A stretch of DNA of 63,625 nt, filler included, from Sluysia triapertura (Eukaryota), in NCBI GenBank assembly GCA_046118255.1. It is 5 parts of 5 records of this genome, joined end to end, with 100 filler letters (N's around TTAATTAATTAA, not from the genome) between each part and the next. Parts side by side here need not be neighbours in the genome. Positions count along the whole stretch, not along the records: positions 36,464 to 52,507 come from JBJNIA010212254.1; positions 52,608 to 63,625 come from JBJNIA010190086.1; 3 more parts are not named here. One strand, 5' to 3'. Within the stretch, counting starts at the first letter, position 1, and each line of letters opens with the position of its first letter. Positions 40,481-52,849 of this stretch are shown piece by piece. Both the position numbers and the translations under genes were made by a program. The notes beneath the pieces were generated by a model. That model saw nothing but the letters and a program-made list of their open reading frames with translations, did not search any database and had not been told where the DNA came from.

Positions 40481-43129
40481 TAAAACAACCCTTTCTTCAT
40501 TTTTGATTTAATAAGTCATTATACTGTTTCCTACATAAAAATTAAATAACTACTAAAATTATATAATCATTATTTATCGTATATTAATGCAATAATGTTG
40601 CTACTAAATAAACTTGACCATCAAAAAACCGGAAATTATTTTAAAAACCAAACTTTTCCTATTGTTTGCAAATCTTTTTTTGTTTTGTTTTCAGTAGCTC
40701 AGTTTTTTTTCCACTGCTTTTGTGAGGAAATTTATTCTACAAAATAACATTGAATAAAAAAAAGTTTAAAGTAATTTTTAAAACTATTTTTGTAATAATT
40801 AAAATATAGATTGTTTTTATAACAATAATATTTAAATTGTGATTGTAATTGTAATAAAAATTTTTGACTGAAGGATAGTTATTAAATCATAACAAGACCT
40901 TGGATTTTGGCTGCATCCGATTTAAAATATAAATGAAAATATTTAAATTTGAGTAATTAACCATAATAATATTATTTATGATAATAATATAATAATGGAA
41001 ATTATTAACACATTCTATGCGTGCTATTTTATCCAAATTCAAGCTGAAAATCGGGCGCAAAAATAAATATTTCAGTTTTTTATCTTATGATAATTTATTT
41101 ATTATAATTACATTTTTGTTTGAAGTTTTATTTATAAACAATTACAAAATTATCAATATTTTTAAAAATTGGCTACTTTATAATGGATTTCTGACAGTTC
41201 TCGCAACCAACCCCTTATTTGTAAAATCCGAGTTTTGTGCAGAACATGTTAACTGGTTTCCCGCAAAGAATATGTTAATATTTCATCTTTAATAATTAGA
41301 TAGTTTGTTCAGATATAAAAATGTGTTATATTAATTTTATAATTCTCAAGCAAGGAAAAATAGCGATTTTTAGAGCAAATTTTTCATTCATTCAGATAAA
41401 AGTGCACATAAAATCCAGATTCAGAAATTGCATTCATCCAAAAAGATTAATTTATGAACATCCGCATTGAATAAATTATGTATATCAATTAATATCAATA
41501 TTTATTAATTCTATTTCGTAATTATTAATTAATTTCAAGTTACAGTTACATAAATTTAAAATCATTTTAATACTTCATTAAACTGATAATAGCAAAGTAT
41601 GTAAATATGTAAAAATGGCATTTACAAAATGATTATAATTTTATTCAACTTGGTTTTATTCAACGTTATCCAATTCTTTAAGTTAATTATTTAATAATGT
41701 ACGATGTTATATTCTAAAATATATTGTTTTTATCTTCTGTTCAGTTTCAAAATGTTTAATTTTTATTATTTCTAATAATTTTGTGCTTGTAAATAGTGAA
41801 GTATAAATAACGCAATACTTTTTTGAAGTTGTGAGTTTATTGATGATAGAAAACCAATAAATTATTGATTTTTTTATACATTATATATTTATATATTGAT
41901 TAACAATAAATATATTTAGATAAAAATTCGCTATGATTCATAATATAACAGACATCAGAAAAGAAATATTTAAAGAATTAAGTTATGTATACAAAAATGA
42001 ATGTTTATTGTATAAATTATTAAACGATCCACTAAATCTTTTAAAGATTGAAGAATTTTGACTGAAATTATCTTTTATGACCATTAATTATTCCGGTTCA
42101 CGAAAAAATTATGTCCCAGTTCTGTTCCATGTATTTTAAGTGTAGTGATGGCTCATGATCGATCCAAGTCGTTTGATAACAATATGGAAAATTACGTTTA
42201 CTTACATACTTTAATAAATGGAAAAAATGATGAATAGTTCTGATTTCAATCCTAGTAATTGTTTGTTGTTTAAAAATTTAAATTCAAAACATTTCGATGA
42301 ACAAACGAAAGTCTTACATTCTATATGCATAGAAGATCTTGCAACTTGATAGAAGAAATGATATTTTGTTAAATAAATGTGAAATATTTTGTTGGTATTT
42401 ACTTTCTTTCTACATTAAACTTACTTCTTAATGTACAAATCACATTTAAAATAATTGTTTATTGTTTACTTAAAATTGTTTATAAACAAATATTACGAAA
42501 ATATAACATATTAATAGCTTTTTTTGTAATGAAATAATAATAATAATAATAATAATAATAAGCCTTTTATAATAATTTCAAAATTTATGATAACCAAATT
42601 TTTATAAACCTCAATAAAATTTTCTAATTTATATATTTGTAAATATTATTAATTTTATAAATATTATACTAAAATGTTTATTAAATTACCAAGGGGAATT
42701 ATTAATTTTTATGAATTTAAACATGTGGAGATTATGAGAAAATATTTTAAAAAAATTAAGTCATATATCAAAAAAAATTTATTTATCGATTTCAGAATGA
42801 ACAGATTCTAAAAATTATATTGATCAGAAATTATATAAACAAATTCATTATTTATTATAACAATTTTATTAAATTTATTTTTTAATTCTTTTTAATTTTA
42901 TTATATAATTATAATTATAAAATTATTGACGAGAAATTTTATTGACAAATTGATTATTTATTATATCAATTTTATTAAATTTATTTTTTAATTCATTTAT
43001 TTTAATTTTTAATATAATTTTTATTTATCTCTGTGGTTTATACGCTTTTTAAAAAGGATGGGGAATTATTTTTATTACTTTAAAGTCGTTATCAAATATA
43101 GATTGATGGAGAATTATTTGATGTTTTAA

Positions 43130-43800
43130 ATGCTAATACTTAACATTTTCTATTTGTATTTATTATTTTGTATATTCTTACGATCTAATACTAATTATTT
43201 ATATTTAATTATTATATTTTGTATGTGGTGGCACAATTCATAAAGCGTAATTTTAATATATCATTAGTCTATAATCAATTTAAACTCATAAAATATTCAA
43301 CAGAATCTTTATCACGTTCTTAGATCATCAAATAGTCTTTTCTTTTACATTATTTGAGCTAACTTTATTAAATCTTTTAACATACAGTATTATTCTTTAA
43401 AGTATTCTGTTTCAAATTATTCAATTAAGATATTCGCAATAAATCATACTATACAAAGATCATTTTCAAACTTAATACTACTCATTACCATTCTATCACA
43501 GCTTCAGAACTTTTAAGTATATTAGTACTCCAAAAAACTTAATCGCAAACAGTATTGTTGTTGAAAATATTCTGCCATTGAATGTAATTCTTTATGGTAA
43601 TATCATATAAAATATTTTTTATTCATTTGAAGAAATAACACCAAATAATGATGATAATAATAATATTTATTATTATTAATTATTAATAATAAATCCAGGC
43701 TTAAATTTAATTCAATTGCCAAACCAATAAAATGTGACTTAGCTGCATTAGGTGCCAATTCAAATTTTCATTGGAGCATTTTTGGTTACAATTGTTAAGA
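43130..43800 (+). mobile_element. Penelope-like family copy, very decayed
   Basis: TGTGGTGGCACAA (~43224) followed by the same C/A-skewed tract. Confidence 0.3.
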
Positions 43801-44661
43801 ATGTTTCATTTAATGCAATAATTGATTACAAAGTACAATGAAATATATTTTCGCTCATTTTATTACATAATCAAATACTAAGTTTAGTGTGTATTAAATT
43901 AAAGTGTGGGATAAGAATTGAAATAATGTATCTCCCCCCATTGTCACTATTCGGTTTTGATATTGAAATAGATCTTAACCGAAATTCGAAGCTAATATAA
44001 ATTATAATTAAATTTATAAGTGATAACTTATATAATGATCTAGTAGATAGTTAATATTTCATCTTAAATTTAAAATTTAACATCTAAGAACCATTATAAG
44101 ACTTCATTTAAATTTAATGGGAAATAAACTAATTAAAAATAAATTATTGTACGATTTACACTCATTCATAAACAAAATACTATGCGCTAAAACTATCAAA
44201 ATTTACTTTACTTTTTTAACGAGTATATTTTAAAGTTAAATAAATTAGAGTATTATTGATAATTCACAATGAAAATTTTAATTCCACTTTTAATAAACTT
44301 CACTCTGTTTAACATCAATATATTATTCTATTGCAATGAGTCTAACTTCTAAATGTGCTGAATCATTATCCAAATTTATATCATTAGAAACATGATTCCA
44401 AGAATACATATTAGAAAATTGTATTTTAAATAGTAATTTTAAACATTTATTATTATTATTATTAATTAATTAATTAAGCATTACATAGTGCTATTTTGAA
44501 AACATTATTTGTAATTTATCTTCTTTTTTGAAAATTTTAATAATTCTATTACGAAAGAGAATATAAAAAGTGACAAATACTTTAGATATTTCTTTAAATA
44601 TTTGTTATTATTATTGGGTTTCTCAATAAGTAACGTAGAGTTCGATAATATATTCTTTTAG

Positions 44662-47600
44662 CTGAAGTAACACGAGAATTATTCACCCCATTAGAAAATA
44701 AATTCTTACCAAATGAATTCTATAATAAAGCTCTATTGTTGGATCGTATGCTATGACTATAATATAGTCAGTTTTCTCTATTGCAGAACATATTTTCACA
44801 ATGTATTATATTTCTATATAATTTATTCAGTTATATTAGTATTTGTTTTTGTCCAATTAATATTCATTTTTTGTGGATTTTTCGTGTTTTATCGACATCA
44901 TGATTGTGTAAAGTAAGTGCAATAAAATTTTATTTAACATGTTTTTATTATTAATTATTTTCAACAATATTTATAATTGTAGGAATAGGTTTCTTACAAA
45001 CTCTATAAAGTTTATTATAGATTTTGTGTCAAAAAATTATGCTATTTATACGGTATTTTCATCACAATATGTTTTATTATTATTAATTTCCATTTAATAT
45101 AAAATTTACTACCTAATCAATTCAATTCTATAATAGTTAATATGTATCTGATTGTACAGTTAATAATTAATAATAATTAATTAATTACAATAATAATTTT
45201 TATTTTACTAAGGTAACACAAATAACAAGTTTGAAGCCTATTCTAAATGCAACAAATGTTAGTTTTAAATGGTTGTATAATATTTAAAATATATGTTTTA
45301 ATTGGGTTTCTAGGATGCTAACAATAACATAATAAAGAGTATTAAAGCAAAAGTCAGTGTTAAAAATTAATGAAAATTGTACAAATATGTTAAATATATT
45401 TATTGTATAAAATTTAAAATAATAATACAAAAGTATCACATTATATTTTTGCTTAAATAAATTGATTATGGAAAACGATTGTTAGTGTTATTCTATAATT
45501 ATTATTATCATAATAATTATCATTTTATTAAGGTAACACAAATTACAAGTATGAGGCCTATTCTAAATGCAACAAATGTTAGTTTATAATGTCTTTGTAT
45601 TTGTAATAAAAAATTAATTTTATTTATTTAATGCTTAACCCTGTAACTTCGTCAATAGCGGACTAAGCGAAATTCTTGTAAGCTACAGCTGTCTCCGGGA
45701 CGGGTGTTGCTTATCATCTATGTTATGAATATCTGATTTCATTTAGGCACGCAAAACATGGAAACTCATAATTTATTACTATTTGGTCTAATTATAAAGA
45801 ATTATTTCCATTTTATACCTAAAATAAGTATTGAGACAATTTCAAATTTGAAGAAGTTCAACTTATGGAAGGCAAAAATATGAGTTATAGAAATATACAT
45901 CTAAATAAGTCGAATTTCTATTCCCTAAGAAAACTATTAGAGAAACTATTACATTTTATTACTGTAAGGTTAAAATGAAACATTTTAAGCAAAACTCCAA
46001 TTGAAATGTTAAATTTGGTAAGCGAAATTTTCATTTTACACTAAAAAGACAGAGAAACAACTTCAAATTGCAAGAAGATGAACTTACAGTTGGATAATGT
46101 ATTTCGTTCTAAATGCAATAAGAACGTGTTTTAAAATATTATTCTTGCTAGAATATTGTTCTAAAACAAAATAAATAATTTTTATTTAATAATAATATAT
46201 TAATTTATATTACGCTAATATCTATGCTATATCACTCAAAAGCACTTAAGGTAAATCATTCACCATAATATTTCTGAAACAGAAAGAACTTTGTCTTTTT
46301 CTTAAATATTTCATAATTTTCCAGCAATTTTACATTCTCTGGTAACTGGTTGTATATTTGAAGATTTTTAATTTTAATTTTTGCTTTTTTTGCGTATTAA
46401 ATATGTACCTTGACAATTAAATATTGCTTGACAATTTTTAAATATTAAAGTGTTACAAAAATAAATGTAATATCAAACTTTAACTTGGAAATTGTTTAAT
46501 CCATTTTGAAATAAGGTTATCTTGATAACAAAAGTTGAAAAATAATGATAATTTATATCAATAATAAAAGAGTTTAATAATTTATCAAAACAAACTATGA
46601 CGCACACAATGATAATTAACATTTTTTCCAAGAAACAATTTATAATTTATCTATCATTGTAAAAGAAACTAATATTTGAATTATTGAAAGTTTTTCTATT
46701 ACTACCGGAATCACAATCAATAATTGAATTATACCGAAATATATATTTTAACATTTTTTATTTTTAATTATTATTAAATTTGCATGACTTTCTATGATCG
46801 ATTTCATGGACCGTGAAATAATACTTTAGAAATAATCTTAGGGTTGATTTTCTATCACTAAATTAAAAATGCGACAGAATAGATAGACTTACAGACAATT
46901 TCTCATTATAAAACTTTTTTGAAATGATTTCAATTCATGTTGATAAGAAATGATTAAAAATAAAATTGTACATAACAAATAAGAATTAGTAATAGCTGAC
47001 AAAATCAGTTATAAGTCATATTTAAACGTAAAATATGAAACTTTTAAATAAATATTTTCTAGTTTTTACATTCTTTGTAGAACAAAAATATGTGTAACAT
47101 AATGAGCCCATTCAAATCAAATGATATCTTCAGATATATTTTCTAAATTGTCGTCACACATTGAAAAATCTGGGATGCTACGTAGTTTCCCTTTCTTGGT
47201 AAATTTGTAAAGTTAGTTTTAGCGAATGATGATATGTTTTGTTTAATCTCAAGTCTCATTTCCTAGTGGGAATTTTTAATTGTTCTAAGGTTTATTTTTT
47301 ATAGTTCGATTACTGGTAAAACTTTACAACTTTTTATTATAGTGCAAAATTCTAAGATGCATAGCTTTATACTGTCTCGTATAAACTTGAAACTTTACAC
47401 TTATAATTATTACAAACTTTAATTTTATATCTCTTTAATTATTCGTTAATTACAAATTATTTAACACTTATTTTTTGTAACTCTTTTATTAAATATTGAT
47501 CAAATGATTATTTAATTCGTCTACTTTTTACCAGTCTATTACTTAATTAAAGTTAAATTCTCTTTGTAACTTTATCTTAATTATATGATTTATTCAATAT

Positions 47601-48262
47601 ATCTTTTATAAATTTAATTTGGAGATCGAGTTCAATACTCATCTCTGTTGTTAGAGATGGAAGTGCTAAATCCTTGGTTTTTAATCGGATTATATTTCTT
47701 AATTCCCAAAAAAGAAATCGACAATGTATTAAGCTTTATTAGTATCACAGTTACTAACAATAATATCACAATTACTCTAATTTAAATTTACAAAAATCAA
47801 CAGTTAACGTTTTAACAAAGTTTTATTAATATCTCACAAAAGTTTATGATTTAATTGAATAAATATTGAATATATACAGTTATCTTAATTTAAATTTATT
47901 TTTATCTTAAGTTTTAATTTTATAATTGCTGAAATGAACTAACGTTCTTTAAGTATTAGTTCAATAGTATAAACAACAAGTATCAAAAGTTATTATTCGA
48001 TAAGTAATCAATAATTGACAAAGTATATTGTGTTATTTCAACAAATGTTTTTCTCTAATATAACGTCATTTCAGTAAATAAGATTAATTTTTCTATAATT
48101 TTGTATACATTGTAGCAACATACATTCTTAGCTTTGTGGTTTATTACAAATGTATTAGTACAATATAAATGCACTTTATTTAATTACTCTTCTAATAATA
48201 TTTACTACTATTTTTAGATTACAGAAATAACAACAGCAACACTCTACCATAATTCTACAAAT
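44662..48262 (+). CDS. Candidate micro-exon array gene encoding Thr/Asn-rich glycopeptide repeats (partial or decaying)
   Basis: AG/GT-bounded symmetric exons 44662-44745, 45213-45257 (VTQITSLKPILNATN), 45314-45352 (DANNNIIKSIKAK), 45533-45577 (VTQITSMRPILNATN), 48116-48151, 48218-48262 (ITEITTATLYHNSTN); several intervening introns are 41-66 nt. Confidence 0.5.
46195..46360 (-). mobile_element. L2 LINE 3' fragment
   Basis: Reverse complement of the 13560-13720 segment. Confidence 0.75.
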
Positions 48263-51200
48263 GTTAGTTTTATTATTTTTTTAAAAATTCTATGAAACAG
48301 AGACAAACTAATTTAAAATAATATTTATATTTAAAAAATATTCCAATAATGGTAATTAAAATCATTTATTAAATTCAAACAATTATTAACATTGCGATAG
48401 TGTCACTTTTTATACCGTTTAAAACTGTTAAACATAACTTTTACAATATAATTTTTAGTAACAAATTATATCAAGGTCAAATTTTGAAATGTACCTATTT
48501 TTACCGATGGTGTCATTTTTGTTGCCATTAATTAAAACTAATTATATAATAAATAATATATTTAAATAATTACTATAATGTTTAATACATTTTATAAACA
48601 TTGACTTATAACTAAAAACCATTGAATCTGGAAATAAAATAAAAATAAGAGAAATAATCATTAATTTCTATAATTATAATAAAACTGATGTCGACTGCGC
48701 TTTAATATCCTCTAATACATCTAATACGTTTGACATATGCAAGGATTTTCTATAAAATGTTCTTTATACTGCTGTCAAATGATACTCGAAAATGTAATCA
48801 GTCTGAAATAGAATCTCTGAATACCCAAAGGGTAATTATTAAATAAATATTAAATAAAAGTTCCATTTTAAAAAGCAATTTATTAAACATTAACTAACCA
48901 CATTAATAGGAACCTTCATAAAAATATGATTTTTACTTGCAAATGAAATAACGTACTGTCAAAGTTTATAAACTTTTTACTATCTTACATTCAGTTAGAA
49001 ATTGAATATAATTGGTTAGATGAAAAATGTCAACGACAATTATTTCTTTCAAGATAAATTCACTTTTTTAAATTTAGTTTGATCAATTCGAAATCACGAA
49101 ACAATAGTTTTATTAACAACAATTTATATTTCAATACATATAATTTTTCTTATTGTTCAAATTTTGACGAATGTTTTTAGGATGAATTGATCTATTTTTC
49201 TGCGTTATTTTAACGTTTTAGAATTGAGTACAAAACTTTTATTTTACAACAATTGAATCATTGTTTGCAATTATTAAATAACAATGGTTCGTGTGGGCTG
49301 CTTCTGCTTCCATTGTTCCCAGAATTGATCTCGGTTTACTAAATTTCTATTAGAATAGGAGAAACATACATTCTTCTTCCGGTGCAGCCGGATATTTTAA
49401 TTCATTAAATTTTGATTATATTGGCTATAATTATAATTTGATATTGTTTGATATTAAAAAGACACCTTTTATAATTCGATGACTCTAACTTTACCTATGC
49501 TTAATATGCTTATCCGAAAAGCATAACTTTTTGAATTTATTTTGGATTTTTCTTAGTCAAATTTTTAATCAAAAATTTGCAAAAATATTTATTTTTATAT
49601 CTCATAAATCACCTTCATTTATTTTAAAATCTTTTGCAGTAAATATTGTACAAATCAAAATGTTTTGTGTTCTAAAACGTTTTTTTTGAGTAATTTGAGC
49701 AATTAAGAGTCATTTAAAAGCAATTCGAGTTTCATTCAATAACTTTAATGCTTACAATTTTACTAGTTTACTAAAAGATATACAAGAAGTAACTGGATTT
49801 GACTAAATATGGTTAATGATAATAGAATCTATCAGATATTGCAAAATAAAAAATGATATACTAATTTTAGTTATTGTTAAATCAATTTTCTAATGCAATA
49901 TGTTCTTTGTATTATTAAAACAAATTTTGACTAAAAATAACTTCAAAATTAAAATGAATTCTTTGACAACAAAGAAATTATTTAACAAAAATATTTTTGA
50001 ATAATAGTGTATCGTAATAATAATAATAATAATTCGCTAATAATAATAATAATTATTATTATTATTGAAATATAATATTTATAATTGTAAAATAATTGTT
50101 ACAAAAATTATGAAATTCAAGTAATTAAATATGAATGATTGAAACAAGTTTTTGATTTCTTTTATGAGTGATGACGCTTAATACAATTAGGTCATATGAA
50201 ACTGATAAAAATTTTCATTAAAAAAGAAATGAAATTTGAGTTAAACAAATAAACTAAAAACCAAGTAAATATAGTGTGTGTTGAATCCGTGTGTGTGTGT
50301 GTGTGTTAATTTTTGACTTTTGAATTTGAATTATTAAAGCATTTAATAAAAGAAAAATCACTAAAAGAACAATTATTTATCTCAAGAAAATGTGGCACTT
50401 GAAATTATCAAAATATTACTTCTCAAAATTTATAACAACTATTCATGTCATAATATTTTATCTTTTACATTTTTCTATCGGTTAAGTGGGATTATTAACG
50501 CTTTTATATGCTTTAACAGATGTAAATACCAAATAAATTTTGCTTTAAAAACTTTTTATCACTTAATTTACACTTAGATTCCATACATTTTAGAAATATC
50601 GAAAGTTTAATTTTGTTTCATAGCCAATATAAGTGATATCAATTGATTTATTAGTGATTATATGGCCGGTTTATTCTACAATACAAGTTTGACCATATAA
50701 TTTATTCATTTTCATAAGCTTTGTATTTATTAGTGTATGTTATTATTGACTTTTCACTTAAATGTCATTAAAATCATACGATCTTAAGTTTATATGTTAC
50801 TTATACCTTGCTAATTAAATCTGGGTTAGATGTTTATGATTTGTGAATTGTTCCACCTTTCTCATCAGTTGAAAACTAACCTTTACTATAAAAAGACTAA
50901 TAAAAGTTGTGCGTAATATTTACGAAAATTCAATTAATTGTGATATAACGATAAAATATTACAACCTTAGTAAAGTTATAATAATTAAAAACAAATAAAT
51001 TTGTATAATTAGGAATAATAATGTGGTCCTTCAAATAACACACATCAGTACTTATAATTGGTTATCTTCTTATTATTCTTGTTGGATATTTACTAATACA
51101 CTGTAAAAATTGTAAATCAACTTAAATTAATGTTAATATGAACTTCTATTGTGATTTTTTCTGAAAATATATTATCTATATTTAGCTAACTGAATGACCT

Positions 51201-51750
51201 TCAAAATAATTAAAATTTTGATGTATTAAAACTATTTTATGTTAAAAATAAAATTTTTGTAATAATAATACATTTTATAATAATAATGCCATTTATTTCA
51301 AGATTTTTTAATAATTTATTTTTAGATTTATTGATTAAAATATAATTAAAATACATATGAATATATGTAATTGAAATGTAAACATTTATGCGATTGATTT
51401 GTGACAACACGATGGATTATCAATTGTAATATAACGCAGATAATTCCACTTTTCATTTCTGAAAATCAGCTTCACAAAGTTTTCCAACAAATTCCTAATC
51501 AAAACGAAAGAGTCCAATAAACAAGCATAAAACATTTATCTTAGAAACTTTAATGAACTTTTACGTTAAATTATTGATTAAATGATTTGTAAATTAATAT
51601 AGCATTCCTAAACATTTTTTTTATCTAGATAATATCAAGGTCGTTTATGAAACACTTCTTTTGTAGCAAAAACAGCCAAATAATGTGCATTTTCTACTGT
51701 TGGTGTGTGTTAGCATTTTTTGATATCTTTTCTTACACCAAGCCTATTGA

Positions 51751-51873
51751 AATGTTTATTTAGTTTTTTTATCTAAGAATATTAAAGGGAAACATTACTA
51801 ATATTATTCCTAAATGTTTATTTAGTTGTTTTATCTAAGAATATTAAAGGGAAACATTACTAATATTATTCCT
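51751..51873. repeat. ~62-bp tandem duplication
   Basis: AAATGTTTATTTAGTT...ATCTAAGAATATTAAAGGGAAACATTACTAATATTATTCCT twice. Confidence 0.9.
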
Positions 51874-52607
51874 CTTCTTTACAAATAACATCATCCTTTA
51901 ATAATTTATAGAGTTACAAAAGAACGAGCTTGCAACAATTTATGCAGTGTTCCAACATCTTAGGTTTCTTTAATTTAGCTTATAAAAACTTCAAACATCT
52001 GTCAAATCATCAAAAAACGTTCAGTTAATTGTAATAACCACATAACAATTCTTGAGGTTCCTAAAAGTCTTAATGCCTTCGCCATTGTTATTACTATTAT
52101 TATTATTGCTGATATTATTATTGGTAATATATTGTTACTACTATTATTATATTTGTTTTGTAGTGCTTACAAAAGTTAGTAGTATTAATAAATTAAGTTT
52201 TATTCCTTCAGGATTGTTTTACAATATTGTCATTGTCGTAATTAAAAACTATATGGCCTTGAAAATTAGATTATTCTGGAATTTCTCACTTTTTATTTTT
52301 CCAAAAACATTACTACTGACATTACCACCAATCATAGTCAATATAAATACGATAAACCATCTGCATTTAAAAAAACATATTTTTAACCCTTTCACTACCA
52401 AACCTTTTTTGGTCCCATTTTATAATATTGACTTAATTGGCTAATAACTTATGGCCATGGCATAATTGAAAAAATGTAACCGACCAGCTGATTTCACGTC
52501 ATTCAATNNNNNNNNNNNNNNNNNNNNNNNNNNNNNNNNNNNNNNNNNNNNTTAATTAATTAANNNNNNNNNNNNNNNNNNNNNNNNNNNNNNNNNNNNN
52601 NNNNNNN

Positions 52608-52685
52608 TGAATCAGTTGAAGAACATGGAAAAACCGGGACATTTTTAACAACCGGCCGGGACGCCGGGACGGTTGGAAACCCTAT
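52608..52685. mobile_element. hAT (Blackjack-like) transposon terminus next to (TA)n
   Basis: rc TAGGGTTTCCAACCGTCCCGGCGTCCCGG with repeated CCGGGAC subterminal motifs. Confidence 0.6.
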
Positions 52686-52849
52686 ATATATATATATATA
52701 TAATTTTATATTAAAATTACAAACAAAATAATTGAAAATAAAAATTACTTATAAAATTAAAAATAAATTGTTAAAATGATTTAGAGATCAGAAAAAGGAA
52801 AACATTTCAAATACAATAAAAAGAAAATGATAATAGATTTTTATTATGA

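Noticed and set aside
49255-49420. Possible minus-strand exons (NELKYPAAPEEE / NRDQFWEQWKQKQP)
   Set aside because: Needs a ~31-nt intron and has an upstream in-frame stop; no recognisable family.
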